Assembly: GCA_021786655.1 (NCBI GenBank)
Contig: JAJYMU010000351.1
Coordinates: forward strand, 1-32,468
Length of the DNA: 32,468 nt
Reading direction: 5' to 3'
DNA from: Bacteroidota bacterium
GTDB lineage: Bacteria > Bacteroidota > Ignavibacteria > Ignavibacteriales > Melioribacteraceae
The translations under genes and the position numbers were made by a program. Below, one piece after another: positions 9,294-19,059 of the stretch (position 1 is the first letter of the stretch; every line of letters starts with the position of its first letter). A model generated the notes under the pieces. The model worked only from the letters and a program-made list of their open reading frames with translations, had not been told where the DNA came from and ran no database searches.

Positions 9294-9956
9294 TTATCGT
9301 TCAGATACTTGATTAAAAATTTCGTCCAACGTGTATCCGGTCAATTTGTCATCACGCGGTTCATTCGCAGAATTGATCATCGCTTGCGCAACGGTCTCTG
9401 CTTTAATAGGCCGGTATTTTTTCAAAGCTGGAATAATTTTAGTTAACGGAACAGAAAAGAAAGCGGCAATAGTTTCGCCGGCTCTTTTCTCTTTTCGTTC
9501 ACCAAGAAGCAGAGACGGTTGAAAAATCACTATTTTCTTAAAAGGTAAAGTACCAACGGCATCTTCCAACTCGCCCTTAATCCTCAAATAAAAATTTTTT
9601 GATTTGCTGTCCGCTCCGTAGGAAGAAACCAACAAAAATTTTCGGACACCGGTTTCAGCAGCAGCTTTTGCGACTTCATACTGATAAGAGTAATCTATCT
9701 TGTACTGAGCTTCTTTGCTTCCGGCTTGTTTTATTGTTGTGCCTAAAGCCGAAAACAATTCGTCGCCGGTTATTTCATTTTCCCATTTTTCGATCTGATT
9801 GAAATCAACAACGCGCTCTTCAAGTTTTGGATTTTGCATCATGGAAGATCGCCGGACAAAAATTTTTACTTGCTTGTATCTGCTGTCGCGTAGCAGTTTG
9901 TGAACGAGATGATTTCCAATTAGTCCTGTAGCGCCGATGACAATCGCAGTTTTCAT
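9294..9956 (-). CDS. NAD(P)-binding atypical SDR (TIP30/HTATIP2-like oxidoreductase)
   Basis: N-terminal Rossmann motif MKTAIVIGATGLIGNHLV. About 220 aa. Its start abuts the stop of the upstream cupin gene. Confidence 0.65.
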   Translation of the reverse strand: MKTAIVIGATGLIGNHLVHKLLRDSRYKQVKIFVRRSSMMQNPKLEERVVDFNQIEKWENEITGDELFSALGTTIKQAGSKEAQYKIDYSYQYEVAKAAAETGVRKFLLVSSYGADSKSKNFYLRIKGELEDAVGTLPFKKIVIFQPSLLLGERKEKRAGETIAAFFSVPLTKIIPALKKYRPIKAETVAQAMINSANEPRDDKLTGYTLDEIFNQVSER

Positions 9957-9957
9957 T

Positions 9958-10422
9958 TTAGTGTGATGACTTTAATATCGTTGTGCCTGTTGGTCCAACC
10001 CCCGTAACTTGAACAACAACATCTCCATCTTTCGCCCAGGCAAAATGCGGCTGTTCAGAAGGCTCGGTAAAAAATGTTCCGGGAGGCATTGCGGTTAATT
10101 TCGATTCGTCAAAATTTTTGCCGTAAGCGTAGTATAACGTTCCCGATAAAACCACTACGGTTCTATTCTCCAAATGAAAATGCGGTTGAAGTTTCATGTT
10201 CGCGGGAATATTAATTCTACTTGTATAAAGTTCATTTTTGTCTGGATCACCGGCAAGAACTATAGTTTGTAATTCGTCTTTTGATTGTGAGTCTGGTTTC
10301 CATTTTATTTCACTCGGAAGAACTATTTTTGGCGCAAGTTTATGCGACTGAATAATTGTGAAAGCGAATGTTGAAATAATGGCAATTGCAATCAGTGTTA
10401 CAACAGCAACATGCTTTTTCAT
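9958..10422 (-). CDS. exported or membrane-anchored cupin-domain protein
   Basis: N-terminal hydrophobic segment VAVVTLIAIAIISTFAFTII, followed by cupin-like ..PHFHLENRTVVVLSGTLYY...QPHFAWA. Confidence 0.6.
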   Translation of the reverse strand: MKKHVAVVTLIAIAIISTFAFTIIQSHKLAPKIVLPSEIKWKPDSQSKDELQTIVLAGDPDKNELYTSRINIPANMKLQPHFHLENRTVVVLSGTLYYAYGKNFDESKLTAMPPGTFFTEPSEQPHFAWAKDGDVVVQVTGVGPTGTTILKSSH

Positions 10423-10502
10423 AGATCCTTTGTTTGAATAATAATAGAAAAGAAATATTTATCCGTCACAATTATAAATCTTTTTATACTAAAGGTTAAT
10501 GG

Positions 10503-11162
10503 CTAATCCAAAAGGTAGAGATAATCGGGAAGTTTAATTTTATAGCCGGTGTTGCCGCCCGCCAAATCGCCGGCTTGATCACCGATGCAGGCAATTATTT
10601 CATAACCCCTCGCAACAAGTTCATTGCGTTTAGTCGTTTTAAATTGAGCTGATGGCAACTGAAGCTCGTTCTTCGAACACATGATTAATGTATCGAACTT
10701 TGCGTAACCTTGTTCAATCAAATTTTCCCGTGTTGCTTCTCTAACACTTTCATCGCGTCCGGTCAAAAATATAACGTGAATATTTTTCGAAATGAGGTAA
10801 TCATAAAATCGTTTTGTTTCCTTTATTGCCGGCGCGCGCCCTTCGTGCATCCATTCGTCCCAAAGTTTTGGAATATATCCGAACCCGATGGATTTTGTGT
10901 ATTGATAGTTTGAAAGCGCAGTCTCGTCGATATCAAATACAACAGCCGACTTTGGATCGATCTTGATTTTGCTAATATGCTCGATTGCCTCATCGATTAT
11001 TTTTGCGCACTCTCGGTCATACTCGCCGGACTCGTAGTAATTTTGAACGGCATTTTTGGCAACGCTGAGATTTGCAATACGGTTGAGAGAAGAATTAATT
11101 GAACAGCCAGTTAAACTAACAGCAGCACAAATCAAACACACAAAAAATATTTTTTTCATCAA
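10503..11162 (-). CDS. HAD subfamily IIIB (class B/C-type) acid phosphatase lipoprotein
   Basis: Lipobox LTGCS, the HAD motif VVFDIDETALSN, and the distal GDQAGD motif. Confidence 0.75.
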   Translation of the reverse strand: MMKKIFFVCLICAAVSLTGCSINSSLNRIANLSVAKNAVQNYYESGEYDRECAKIIDEAIEHISKIKIDPKSAVVFDIDETALSNYQYTKSIGFGYIPKLWDEWMHEGRAPAIKETKRFYDYLISKNIHVIFLTGRDESVREATRENLIEQGYAKFDTLIMCSKNELQLPSAQFKTTKRNELVARGYEIIACIGDQAGDLAGGNTGYKIKLPDYLYLLD

Positions 11163-11382
11163 TCGCTTTATGTTTCTTCATGGGTTACAAAAGAAACAAA
11201 AGATGTTGCATTAATCAAGGCGCGAATACTGACAATCAGAAACAGAAAAAAATTTGGTGAATTAATCGGATAGACTTGCTCTTTTATAAATTCTTATTTA
11301 GATTTAGTCCAGATAATAATTAACCTTCAAAAATGGAGCTATTATGAACAAAAACGCCAGTTTTCAGTAGATATTTGTAATC

Positions 11383-12150
11383 TTGTTTCTTGTATCAATT
11401 TCTTTTCTAATTCCCAATCAAGTTAAAGCAGACACAAAATATTTTGGGAGATCTTATACATCATATACACTACCTGCCAACGCAATGGAGTTTGAACTTT
11501 GGCAGACAGGACGAATTGGCAAAGGGATTGGTTCTTATTCGCGTTGGCAGCCAAGAATGGAATTTGAATATGGTGTTACCGACCGATTTACGGCATCTAT
11601 GTATTTGAATTTCAACGAAGTTAAATCTTCCGGTAATAGCACCCCGTCAAAACCACTAAGCCTTTCAACAACATCTTTTGAGTTTAGATATCGATTGACA
11701 AATCCAAGCGAATATTTTGTTGATCCCGCACTTTATTTCGAGCTAAGCTATGGTGGAGATAAAATTGAATATGAACCAAAAATATTATTAACAAAACGCT
11801 TTGATAAGTTTATCTCTGTCATGAACATTAACTCTGAAATCGAAAGAAATATTGCTGGCGATGAAACAGAATCCGCATTTGAACTGACAATGGGCATTGC
11901 TTATGAATTAAATAAAAATTTTGCCGTGGGTCTTGAATTTAGAAATGACCGCACTTATAAGGATATCTATGAGAAAGAAGAAAATCAAGCGAGCTTTGTT
12001 GGACCAACAATAAGTTTTCAATCGGATAGATTTTATTTGGTTATTAATTTTTTAGCTCAAGTTGGTGGAAGCCCCGCGACCAATAATAATTTAGAGCTGG
12101 TTTCTCATGAGAAATATGAGATAAGAACAATTCTTGGAATTGAACTATGA
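11383..12150 (+). CDS. putative outer-membrane beta-barrel protein (unknown family); the upstream in-frame ATG at 11344 is cut off by TAG at 11368
   Basis: 255-aa ORF with TTG start. It has alternating amphipathic beta-strand-like segments (FELWQTGRIG, FEYGVTDRFTASMYLNF, AFELTMGIAYEL, FAVGLEFRND) and a C-terminal ..YEIRTILGIEL. See the finding on the interrupted signal peptide. Confidence 0.6.
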   Translation: MFLVSISFLIPNQVKADTKYFGRSYTSYTLPANAMEFELWQTGRIGKGIGSYSRWQPRMEFEYGVTDRFTASMYLNFNEVKSSGNSTPSKPLSLSTTSFEFRYRLTNPSEYFVDPALYFELSYGGDKIEYEPKILLTKRFDKFISVMNINSEIERNIAGDETESAFELTMGIAYELNKNFAVGLEFRNDRTYKDIYEKEENQASFVGPTISFQSDRFYLVINFLAQVGGSPATNNNLELVSHEKYEIRTILGIEL

Positions 12151-12392
12151 AATATCTTCTCCTTGTTATTTTTCTGATAATTGTCGGATGTTCTACAAGT
12201 AAATATTTTATAAGCAACGAGGAAGAATTATATTATGAAAAATGCACGGGGTGTCATCGCCCGCATGATAGAAGCGAGTATGATTCCACCGAATGGTATT
12301 CTATTATGGAAAAGATGAGTAAGAAAGCACACCTGAGCGATGAAGAAAACAGAATGATTATTAAATATTTGACGGATTCAAAAACAAAATAG
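12147..12392 (+). CDS. small lipoprotein with a single CXXCH haem-c binding motif (putative mono-haem cytochrome c)
   Basis: Lipobox IIVGCS and the motif EKCTGCHRPHD (CXXCH). Its ATG overlaps the upstream stop (ATGA at 12147-12150). Confidence 0.6.
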   Translation: MKYLLLVIFLIIVGCSTSKYFISNEEELYYEKCTGCHRPHDRSEYDSTEWYSIMEKMSKKAHLSDEENRMIIKYLTDSKTK

Positions 12393-12406
12393 TCCGTAAC
12401 CGATTC

Positions 12407-12449
12407 AAAAAAGACATCATGCTCTTGCTCGCTGGGAAGCAAGAGCATG
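12407..12449 (-). terminator. intrinsic terminator after hslU, lying between convergent genes
   Basis: Perfect 12-bp stem, CATGCTCTTGCT (12418-12429) paired with AGCAAGAGCATG (12438-12449), with an 8-nt loop. On the minus strand it is followed by ATGTC then TTTTTT. Confidence 0.75.
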
Positions 12450-12456
12450 AGAGCCG

Positions 12457-13836
12457 TTACAAAATATACTTACTCAAATCCCTGTTCTTAACGATCTTAT
12501 CGAGTTTTTGATTAACCATCTCGCCGGTAATATCAATATCAGCCGTCGGCATTTTGTCCGGGACTTCAAACAAAATATCTTCAAGAAGGGTTGTTAAAAT
12601 TGTGTGAAGTCTTCTCGCGCCAATGTTTTCAACCTGATCGTTAACTTCCGCGGCAATTTTTGCAACTTCTTTTATTGCCGAATCGCGGAAAGTGATTTTT
12701 ACTCCTTCAGTTTGAAGCAGAGCTGAATACTGTTTGAGCAGTGCATTCTGAGGCAAGGTCAGGATTTTTACAAAATCGTCTTCTGTTAAACTTTTTAATT
12801 CAACACGTATAGGAAATCTGCCTTGTAATTCAGGAATTAAATCAGATGGTTTTGAAACATGAAACGCACCTGAAGCGATAAACAAAACATGATCTGTTCT
12901 AACCGGTCCGTATTTTGTGTTGACGGCAGATCCCTCGACTATTGGAAGAAGATCACGCTGAACTCCTTCGCGGGAAACATCTGGTCCCTGCTGACTTTTA
13001 GCGCCTGCAATTTTATCAATTTCATCAATGAAAACAATTCCGGATTCCTGAACACGTTTTATGGCGTCGCGTTGAACCGCTTCCATGTCGATTAGTTTTT
13101 CGGCTTCTTCCTGGGCAATAAGTTTTCGCGCTTCGCGAATGGTGGATTTTCTTTTTTTCTTTTTCTTCGGAATCATATTACTCATCATCTCCTGAAGGTT
13201 CATTGTCATATCATCCATACCCATAGGACCAAGAACCTGCATGCCGAATGCCGGCGAAGTTGTATCGAATTCAATTAATCGGTCGTCCATTTCACCGTTG
13301 CGAAGTTTTTCTCTCATCCATTCGCGGGTTTTTTCGTTTCGTAATTCTTCGCTCTCGTCGTTTTCTTCTTCGACGACAACAACTTTTTTCTGGGGAGGAA
13401 TAAGTTGATCCAAAATTCTTTCTTCCGCCATTCTCTCGGCTTTTTCTTGGACCTCCTCAGTTCTTTCCAACCGGACCATGCTTACTGAAATTTCCGCAAG
13501 ATCACGTATCATGGATTCCACATCGCGGCCGACGTAACCAACTTCGGTATATTTTGAAGCTTCAACTTTTAAGAATGGCGCGCCGGAAAGTTTTGCCAAT
13601 CTTCTTGCAATTTCTGTTTTTCCAACACCGGTGGGACCAATAAGAATAATATTATTCGGCATAATTTCTTCACGGATCGTTTCATCGGCATGTTGACGGC
13701 GCCACCTGTTGCGCAGCGCAATTGCTACAGCACGCTTCGCTTCATTCTGACCTATAATAAACTTATCAAGCTCGCTCACAATTTGGTATGGCGTTAAATT
13801 TTTCATCATATCATTATTCGATTTTCGCTTTGTCAT
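12457..13836 (-). CDS. hslU: ATP-dependent protease ATPase subunit HslU
   Basis: [17 protein letters not shown], Walker [16 protein letters not shown], and FIDEIDKI. The start overlaps the hslV stop. Confidence 0.95.
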   Translation of the reverse strand: MTKRKSNNDMMKNLTPYQIVSELDKFIIGQNEAKRAVAIALRNRWRRQHADETIREEIMPNNIILIGPTGVGKTEIARRLAKLSGAPFLKVEASKYTEVGYVGRDVESMIRDLAEISVSMVRLERTEEVQEKAERMAEERILDQLIPPQKKVVVVEEENDESEELRNEKTREWMREKLRNGEMDDRLIEFDTTSPAFGMQVLGPMGMDDMTMNLQEMMSNMIPKKKKKRKSTIREARKLIAQEEAEKLIDMEAVQRDAIKRVQESGIVFIDEIDKIAGAKSQQGPDVSREGVQRDLLPIVEGSAVNTKYGPVRTDHVLFIASGAFHVSKPSDLIPELQGRFPIRVELKSLTEDDFVKILTLPQNALLKQYSALLQTEGVKITFRDSAIKEVAKIAAEVNDQVENIGARRLHTILTTLLEDILFEVPDKMPTADIDITGEMVNQKLDKIVKNRDLSKYIL

Positions 13837-14369
13837 TTTTGAATAACCTCAACTGTAATTTTTTCGTTTGTGTAGATGCAAATGTCTGCAGCCACGTTTA
13901 ATGATTCTTCAACAATCTCTTTTGCAGAAAGGTTGCTGAATTTCTTCAACATTTTCGCCGCAGCGAGAGCATACATTCCGCCGCTGCCGATTGCAACAAT
14001 ATTATCTTCCGGTTCGATGACATCGCCTGTGCCGGAAACAACGAAAGATTTGTCTTCCGAAATAATTGCAAGCATCGCTTCAAGTTTGCGCAGGTATTTA
14101 TCAGTGCGCCAATCTTTTGCAAGTTCTACAACGGCGCGCGGAACATTTCCACTGAATTGCTCGAGTTTTTCTTCGAACCTTGCAAGCAAAGTAAATGCAT
14201 CCGCGGTCGATCCGGCAAATCCGCACAAAACTTTTCCGTTCATAAGTTTTCGGATCTTCGTTGAGTTGTGTTTCATCACCGTGTTGCCGAGCGTAACCTG
14301 TCCGTCTCCGCCAAGCGCAGCCTGTCCATTGTGGATTAATCCTAAAATGGTTGTTGATCTGATTTTCAT
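13833..14369 (-). CDS. hslV: ATP-dependent protease subunit HslV
   Basis: [28 protein letters not shown]...[12 protein letters not shown]...AIGSGG, the typical HslV/ClpQ pattern. Confidence 0.95.
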   Translation of the reverse strand: MKIRSTTILGLIHNGQAALGGDGQVTLGNTVMKHNSTKIRKLMNGKVLCGFAGSTADAFTLLARFEEKLEQFSGNVPRAVVELAKDWRTDKYLRKLEAMLAIISEDKSFVVSGTGDVIEPEDNIVAIGSGGMYALAAAKMLKKFSNLSAKEIVEESLNVAADICIYTNEKITVEVIQK

Positions 14370-14429
14370 TTTTTTATCTCCCGAATCTAATATGCTATTC
14401 CGAAACGTGAATCATCTCTGAATAATTCC

Positions 14430-15056
14430 CTAACGATTTGTTCTAAATTTTATCGGGAATAACCGCGGTACATTTTTCTGATACTCCCGGTATTCGTCGC
14501 CGAACTTTTCGATCAATTTTTTCTCCTCATAGATCGATCCGACAAAAAAATAAATTATCACGGAAACGAACATTATCAAGTAAAACAAATCCATCGTTGG
14601 GCGCAGACCCAAAAACAAAATCGAGAAAAAATAAACCGGGTGCCGTACAAACTTAAACGCGCCTTCGATTCGGAGCGTCTGCCTCTCATCCAAGTCCTCG
14701 GTTTTGTATTCATCGCGCAAATATCTTTCGATTTGCGAAATGCCGACAAATTCTTTTAAGTCTATCAACCGTGTTGCCCAATACAAACCGGCTAACGATG
14801 CAACCTGAAGTGCAAATGTAATAATATCGAACGGATATTGTAAGTCATATATCGTCACATTGGGCTTGGGTGCCAGCGAATAAACTGCAACAAAAATTAA
14901 AACTGATGATACGTTATAAAACAAACGGTAAAATGCTATCTTGACGCCGAGCTTCTGCGCGAGAGCAATTTTAATTTTATTAGACGCTAAGAAAGTGTGG
15001 GAAATTCCGAACAGAGCAAATAGAAATACAATTAGAATGATGTCGATAAAAATCAT
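14430..15056 (-). CDS. integral membrane methyltransferase-family protein (ICMT/PEMT-like)
   Basis: Multiple TM segments and the C-terminal signature VRHPVYFF...EEKKLIEKFGDEYREYQKNVPRLFP. Confidence 0.7.
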   Translation of the reverse strand: MIFIDIILIVFLFALFGISHTFLASNKIKIALAQKLGVKIAFYRLFYNVSSVLIFVAVYSLAPKPNVTIYDLQYPFDIITFALQVASLAGLYWATRLIDLKEFVGISQIERYLRDEYKTEDLDERQTLRIEGAFKFVRHPVYFFSILFLGLRPTMDLFYLIMFVSVIIYFFVGSIYEEKKLIEKFGDEYREYQKNVPRLFPIKFRTNR

Positions 15057-16525
15057 AGTTCTCTGCGAAGGCGGGCGACGGGAATCATCAATGCCTCGCG
15101 GTATTTTGCAACCGTCCGTCTTGCTATGTGAATTCCTTTCTCCTGTAAAATGCTGGCAATTCTATCGTCGCTGTATGGATTTGATTTTGATTCGTTGTCG
15201 CAGATTTCTTTGATGAGTTCTTTGATGTGTTTGTTGGAAATGTCGTCGCCAGAGTCGGTCGATAAACCTTCGCTGAAAAAATATTTCAGTTCGTGAATGC
15301 CTTGCGGGCTTTGCACAAACTTTCCGTTAACGACGCGGCTGATCGTAGAAATGTCCATTCCAATCTCATCGGCAATGTCTTTGTAAATCATCGGTTTCAA
15401 AAAGCGGGGACCGCTTTCAAAAAACTCGTATTGCTTTTCAAGTATTGAACGCATGATTTTTATAAGCGTGTTGCGTCTCTGCTGAAGAGAAGCAATAAAC
15501 CATTTTGCCGATTCGAATTTTTCTCTCAAGAATTTGTGTGTTTCTCTTTCCCGGTCGGAAATTTTTCTCTTCCGCTTATTCGTATCAAGCAATTCCAAAT
15601 ATGTTCTGCTGATGGTAACCGAAGGCATGCTTCTGTCGTTAAGTGTAACAATATAATTGTCTTCAACTTTTTCGATTAGAAAATCCGGCGTGATCTGATT
15701 CATCTCTTCGGAATCGATGTTGCCTTCGCCCGGTCTGGGATTTAATTTTTGAATCAGATCAATAGTTGACCGCAAAGTTTCTTTCGAAAGATTCATCGCC
15801 TTTTGAATCGAATCGAACCGTTTATTTGTAAAGTCGTCCCAATGTTCGGATAGAACTTTTTCGGCAAGGTATGAATAGTAGGGATCGTAAGATGAGTTTC
15901 TAATTTGAATCAGTAAACATTCATGCAAATTTCTCGATGCAATCCCCATTGGCTCAAGCAGTTGAATTTGTTTAAGAACGTTTTCGGCTTGCCCAATTGT
16001 AACTTCAGTATGGTCGAACAATCTTAATTCGTTTACAATTTTTTCAAGATCGGCTTTGAAATACCCGTCCTTATCCAAACCTCCGATAATATTTTCGCCA
16101 AGAATTTTTTCGTCCTCGCTGATATCGAGCATGTGAAGTTGATCGAGCAGGCTTTCTCGGAGAGATTTTTTTTGAGGAGCGATCGGCTGAACTTTTTCTT
16201 CGTCTTTGCTGCGGTTGAGCCGGGTGAATTCCTGTTCCGACTCGGCTTCGTTCATGAAATCTTCCAGATCAAACTCATCGTCTTTGCTGTCGTATTTATC
16301 GTCATCGTCGTCAACGGTTTTTTCGTCATTGTCAGAATCCTCGGTCTCCTCCTGCGTCTGTTCAAATTCTTCATCGAGAGTTTCTTCGAGAATGGGATTG
16401 AGTTCAAGTTCCGTTTTAATGCGTTGTTCCAGAGCAAGCGTATTAAGCTGAAGCAGTTTTTGATACTGAATTTGCTGCGGAGAAAGTTTCTGCTGCAGTG
16501 ATAATTTTTGCTGTAGAGACAACAT
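15053..16525 (-). CDS. rpoN: RNA polymerase sigma-54 factor
   Basis: Gln/Leu-rich region I (LSLQQKLSPQQIQYQKLLQL), an acidic region II, and the C-terminal RpoN box ARRTVAKYRE. Confidence 0.95.
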   Translation of the reverse strand: MLSLQQKLSLQQKLSPQQIQYQKLLQLNTLALEQRIKTELELNPILEETLDEEFEQTQEETEDSDNDEKTVDDDDDKYDSKDDEFDLEDFMNEAESEQEFTRLNRSKDEEKVQPIAPQKKSLRESLLDQLHMLDISEDEKILGENIIGGLDKDGYFKADLEKIVNELRLFDHTEVTIGQAENVLKQIQLLEPMGIASRNLHECLLIQIRNSSYDPYYSYLAEKVLSEHWDDFTNKRFDSIQKAMNLSKETLRSTIDLIQKLNPRPGEGNIDSEEMNQITPDFLIEKVEDNYIVTLNDRSMPSVTISRTYLELLDTNKRKRKISDRERETHKFLREKFESAKWFIASLQQRRNTLIKIMRSILEKQYEFFESGPRFLKPMIYKDIADEIGMDISTISRVVNGKFVQSPQGIHELKYFFSEGLSTDSGDDISNKHIKELIKEICDNESKSNPYSDDRIASILQEKGIHIARRTVAKYREALMIPVARLRREL

Positions 16526-16526
16526 A

Positions 16527-17093
16527 TTAATGATTGACTTCCTTTTTAATTTTTATGAACCACTCTTTGCCGTATTCACGTTCGAGAGCATCTTTGCAAA
16601 AATCGAGAACCTTTATCTGGGTACTTTTTCCTTTTTCGAGAGCCGGCTCGCATTCGAAATATTTTTCAAAGCGTAATACCGGTCCGCCGAAGTTAGAAAC
16701 ACGAATTGGAAAAAGATGGCACGATACCGGTTTGATGAAATCTATTTTTCCGTCGCGATGTGCTTTTTCGATCCCGCACTTTGCAATTTCGCCGTCGAAA
16801 GTTACGAAAACGCAGGCTCTGTTGTTAACACTGCGTGTCATCAATTCATCAAATTTTCTAATCCAGAAACCGTTCTTTTCTATTTCCTTTACGTGCTCTT
16901 TCGTCAAGTACTCCAAAATCACATTTAGATTTTTGTTGATCGTTTCAATCTCGTCTTCGGTAATTGGCGCACCGAACTCGCTCTCCATCGTACAGCACGC
17001 GCCTTTGCATTTGGCAAGGTTGCAAGTGAATCTTTTCTCAACGATCTCGGCATTTACAAACACATTGTCTATTTGGTAAAACTCCGGGTTCAT
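16527..17093 (-). CDS. Cys-rich conserved protein (DUF3109-like)
   Basis: 188 aa with FTCNLAKCKGACC near the N-terminus and further conserved Cys residues. Its stop abuts the rpoN start. The family assignment is from memory only. Confidence 0.5.
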   Translation of the reverse strand: MNPEFYQIDNVFVNAEIVEKRFTCNLAKCKGACCTMESEFGAPITEDEIETINKNLNVILEYLTKEHVKEIEKNGFWIRKFDELMTRSVNNRACVFVTFDGEIAKCGIEKAHRDGKIDFIKPVSCHLFPIRVSNFGGPVLRFEKYFECEPALEKGKSTQIKVLDFCKDALEREYGKEWFIKIKKEVNH

Positions 17094-17226
17094 GAATCAT
17101 GTCCAAAAAATTTTTCGAAAAGATACAAATTTTGCGCTATCTAAAAAAGTTGACGAGAGTTATTGTATTACGCGTGGGATGTGGAATTGGTTTATAAAAT
17201 GTAAATTGTAAGTAAAAAATCTGCCC

Positions 17227-17991
17227 ATGGATCTTCAAGACAAAATAATTCTCATCACCGGCGCGTCATCCGGAATTGGAAAAGCATTAGCAGTTGTAAT
17301 TGCAAAGGAACAATGCAAACTTGTTCTCATTGCGCGGCGAATCGAGCTGCTTGAGGAACTTAACCGAGAATTACAATTGACCAATGACCAATTACTAGTT
17401 CTCAAATGCGACGTTACGAAAAAGGAAGAAGTGAAAACCGCATACGAATCGGTCAAACAAAAATTTGGGCGCGTCGATATTGCAATATTGAATTCCGGCG
17501 TCGGTTATCTCGTCACGCCGAAAAATTATAATTCTAAATTTGCTGAAAACACTTTTGGCGTTAATGTTCTAGGAATCATTTACTGGATTGAACAACTTCT
17601 CCCGGAATTTCTGCAAAGGAAAAATGGAACGATCGTTGGAGTTTCAAGTCTTGCTGATAACCGCGGTTACTCCGGCAGCGGATTTTATTGCGCAAGCAAA
17701 GCCGCAGTCACAAATTATTTGGAAGGTTTGCGCGTTGAGTTGAAACAGCACGGGATAAAAGTTGTTACCGTAAAACCGGGATTTGTAAAAACGCCGATGA
17801 CCGCCCAAAACAAATTTAAGATGCCGATGCTGATGTCTCCGGAAATAGCGGCTTCAAAAATTTTAGTAGGAATAAAAAAAGAGAAAAGAGTAATTCAGTT
17901 TCCGCCGCCGATGGTTTTGTTAACTCGAATTGTCGGATTACTTCCCGGCAGATTGTACGAATGGCTTGCCGCCAAATTAAAAATAAGCTGA
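17227..17991 (+). CDS. short-chain dehydrogenase/reductase
   Basis: TGASSGIGKA cofactor motif and the YCASKAA catalytic motif. Confidence 0.9.
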   Translation: MDLQDKIILITGASSGIGKALAVVIAKEQCKLVLIARRIELLEELNRELQLTNDQLLVLKCDVTKKEEVKTAYESVKQKFGRVDIAILNSGVGYLVTPKNYNSKFAENTFGVNVLGIIYWIEQLLPEFLQRKNGTIVGVSSLADNRGYSGSGFYCASKAAVTNYLEGLRVELKQHGIKVVTVKPGFVKTPMTAQNKFKMPMLMSPEIAASKILVGIKKEKRVIQFPPPMVLLTRIVGLLPGRLYEWLAAKLKIS

Positions 17992-18035
17992 TTATGAAAC
18001 TTTACAACTCAATTAAACTAATCGAAAGGTAAAGC

Positions 18036-18692
18036 ATGAAAACAAATAAATATTTTCTTTTCATTCTGGCACTCTCAATGTTTTTTGCCGGAGCGAAATT
18101 CCAGGCGCAAACTCAGTCCGAGGTTGGCTCGCTGATAAAAAAACTAGTCGATGGAAATAAACGCTACGCATCTTCAAAGATGATTCACCCAGACCAAACA
18201 TCGGCGAGAAGAACGGAATTAAAAAACGAGCAGCATCCATTTGCCGTTGTTCTCAGTTGTTCGGATTCCAGAGTTCCTCCGGAAGTAATTTTTGATCAAG
18301 GCATCGGCGATCTGTTTGTAATTCGCGTTGCGGGAAACGTTTTGGATGACGCCGCGATCGGAAGCATTGAATACGCCGTCGAGCATTTGAACGTAAAACT
18401 TATTGTGGTTCTCGGACACGAAGGATGCGGGGCGGTTAGCGCCGCAGTTCAAGGCGGAGAAGCGCCGGGTCATTTAAGATATTTGGTTGAAGCAATTCAA
18501 CCCGCGGTAGAAAAAGCTAAAAGTTTATCCGGCGATGTTGTTGAGAACGCAGTTCGTATCAATGTGCAAAATGTTGTTACTCAACTGAAATCGTCAGAGC
18601 CGATTATTGAAGAATTTGTTCACAAGAAAAAAGTTGATGTCGTCGGAGCGCGGTACGATTTGGATGACGGGTCGGTTACGTTTTTGAAATAA
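18036..18692 (+). CDS. beta-class carbonic anhydrase with signal peptide
   Basis: Signal peptide ..FFAGAKFQAQ, with zinc-site motifs CSDSRVPPE and GHEGCGAV. Confidence 0.9.
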   Translation: MKTNKYFLFILALSMFFAGAKFQAQTQSEVGSLIKKLVDGNKRYASSKMIHPDQTSARRTELKNEQHPFAVVLSCSDSRVPPEVIFDQGIGDLFVIRVAGNVLDDAAIGSIEYAVEHLNVKLIVVLGHEGCGAVSAAVQGGEAPGHLRYLVEAIQPAVEKAKSLSGDVVENAVRINVQNVVTQLKSSEPIIEEFVHKKKVDVVGARYDLDDGSVTFLK

Positions 18693-18708
18693 TTGGGAGA
18701 ATAAAAAC

Positions 18709-19038
18709 ATGAAAATCACTGGCATACCGTTCAGCACAATCGATTGGTCGAAAGTCGAAATTGAAGAACACAAAGGAGAAACGGGTTCTGCATTTTGGAA
18801 AACAAAAATGCTCGGAGAAATCCGCGTTAGAATGGTTGAGTACACGCCGGGTTATGTTGCCGATCACTGGTGTTCGAAAGGACATATTATTTTGTGTCTA
18901 GATGGAGAACTTCACACCGAACTGAAAGACGGAACAAAATCATTGTTGCTGCCCGGCATGAGCTATCAGGTCGCGGATGATTTGGCGCCGCATCGATCAC
19001 GCACTAAAACCGGCACAAAACTTTTTATAGTAGATTAA
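18709..19038 (+). CDS. DHCW-motif cupin-fold protein
   Basis: Contains VADHWCSKGHIILCLDGEL. 109 aa. Confidence 0.7.
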   Translation: MKITGIPFSTIDWSKVEIEEHKGETGSAFWKTKMLGEIRVRMVEYTPGYVADHWCSKGHIILCLDGELHTELKDGTKSLLLPGMSYQVADDLAPHRSRTKTGTKLFIVD

Positions 19039-19059
19039 TTTTTTTGGAAGGAAATTTCT

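Noticed and set aside
13876-14421. 181-aa plus-strand ORF spanning the whole of hslV in antisense
   Set aside because: The translation is Ser/Ala/Pro-rich with no motifs, whereas the opposite strand encodes a textbook HslV. It is a typical antisense shadow ORF.
16250-16380. GAT/GAC/GAA-rich repetitive stretch encoding a poly-acidic tract, and the LSLQQK-LSLQQK repeat at the N-terminus of rpoN
   Set aside because: An acidic region II and a Gln/Leu-rich region I are normal features of sigma-54. This is not a separate repeat element.
16717-16722. TGGCAC hexamers (also at 18067-18072) as possible sigma-54 -24 elements near rpoN
   Set aside because: No TTGC at the required 5-nt spacing, and both lie inside coding sequences.
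16534-17079. 181-aa plus-strand ORF antisense to the DUF3109-like gene, and similar ORFs (16133-16501, 16206-16451) antisense to rpoN
   Set aside because: The minus-strand genes carry conserved motifs and operon coupling. The antisense translations are low-complexity (Ser/Phe/Leu-rich).
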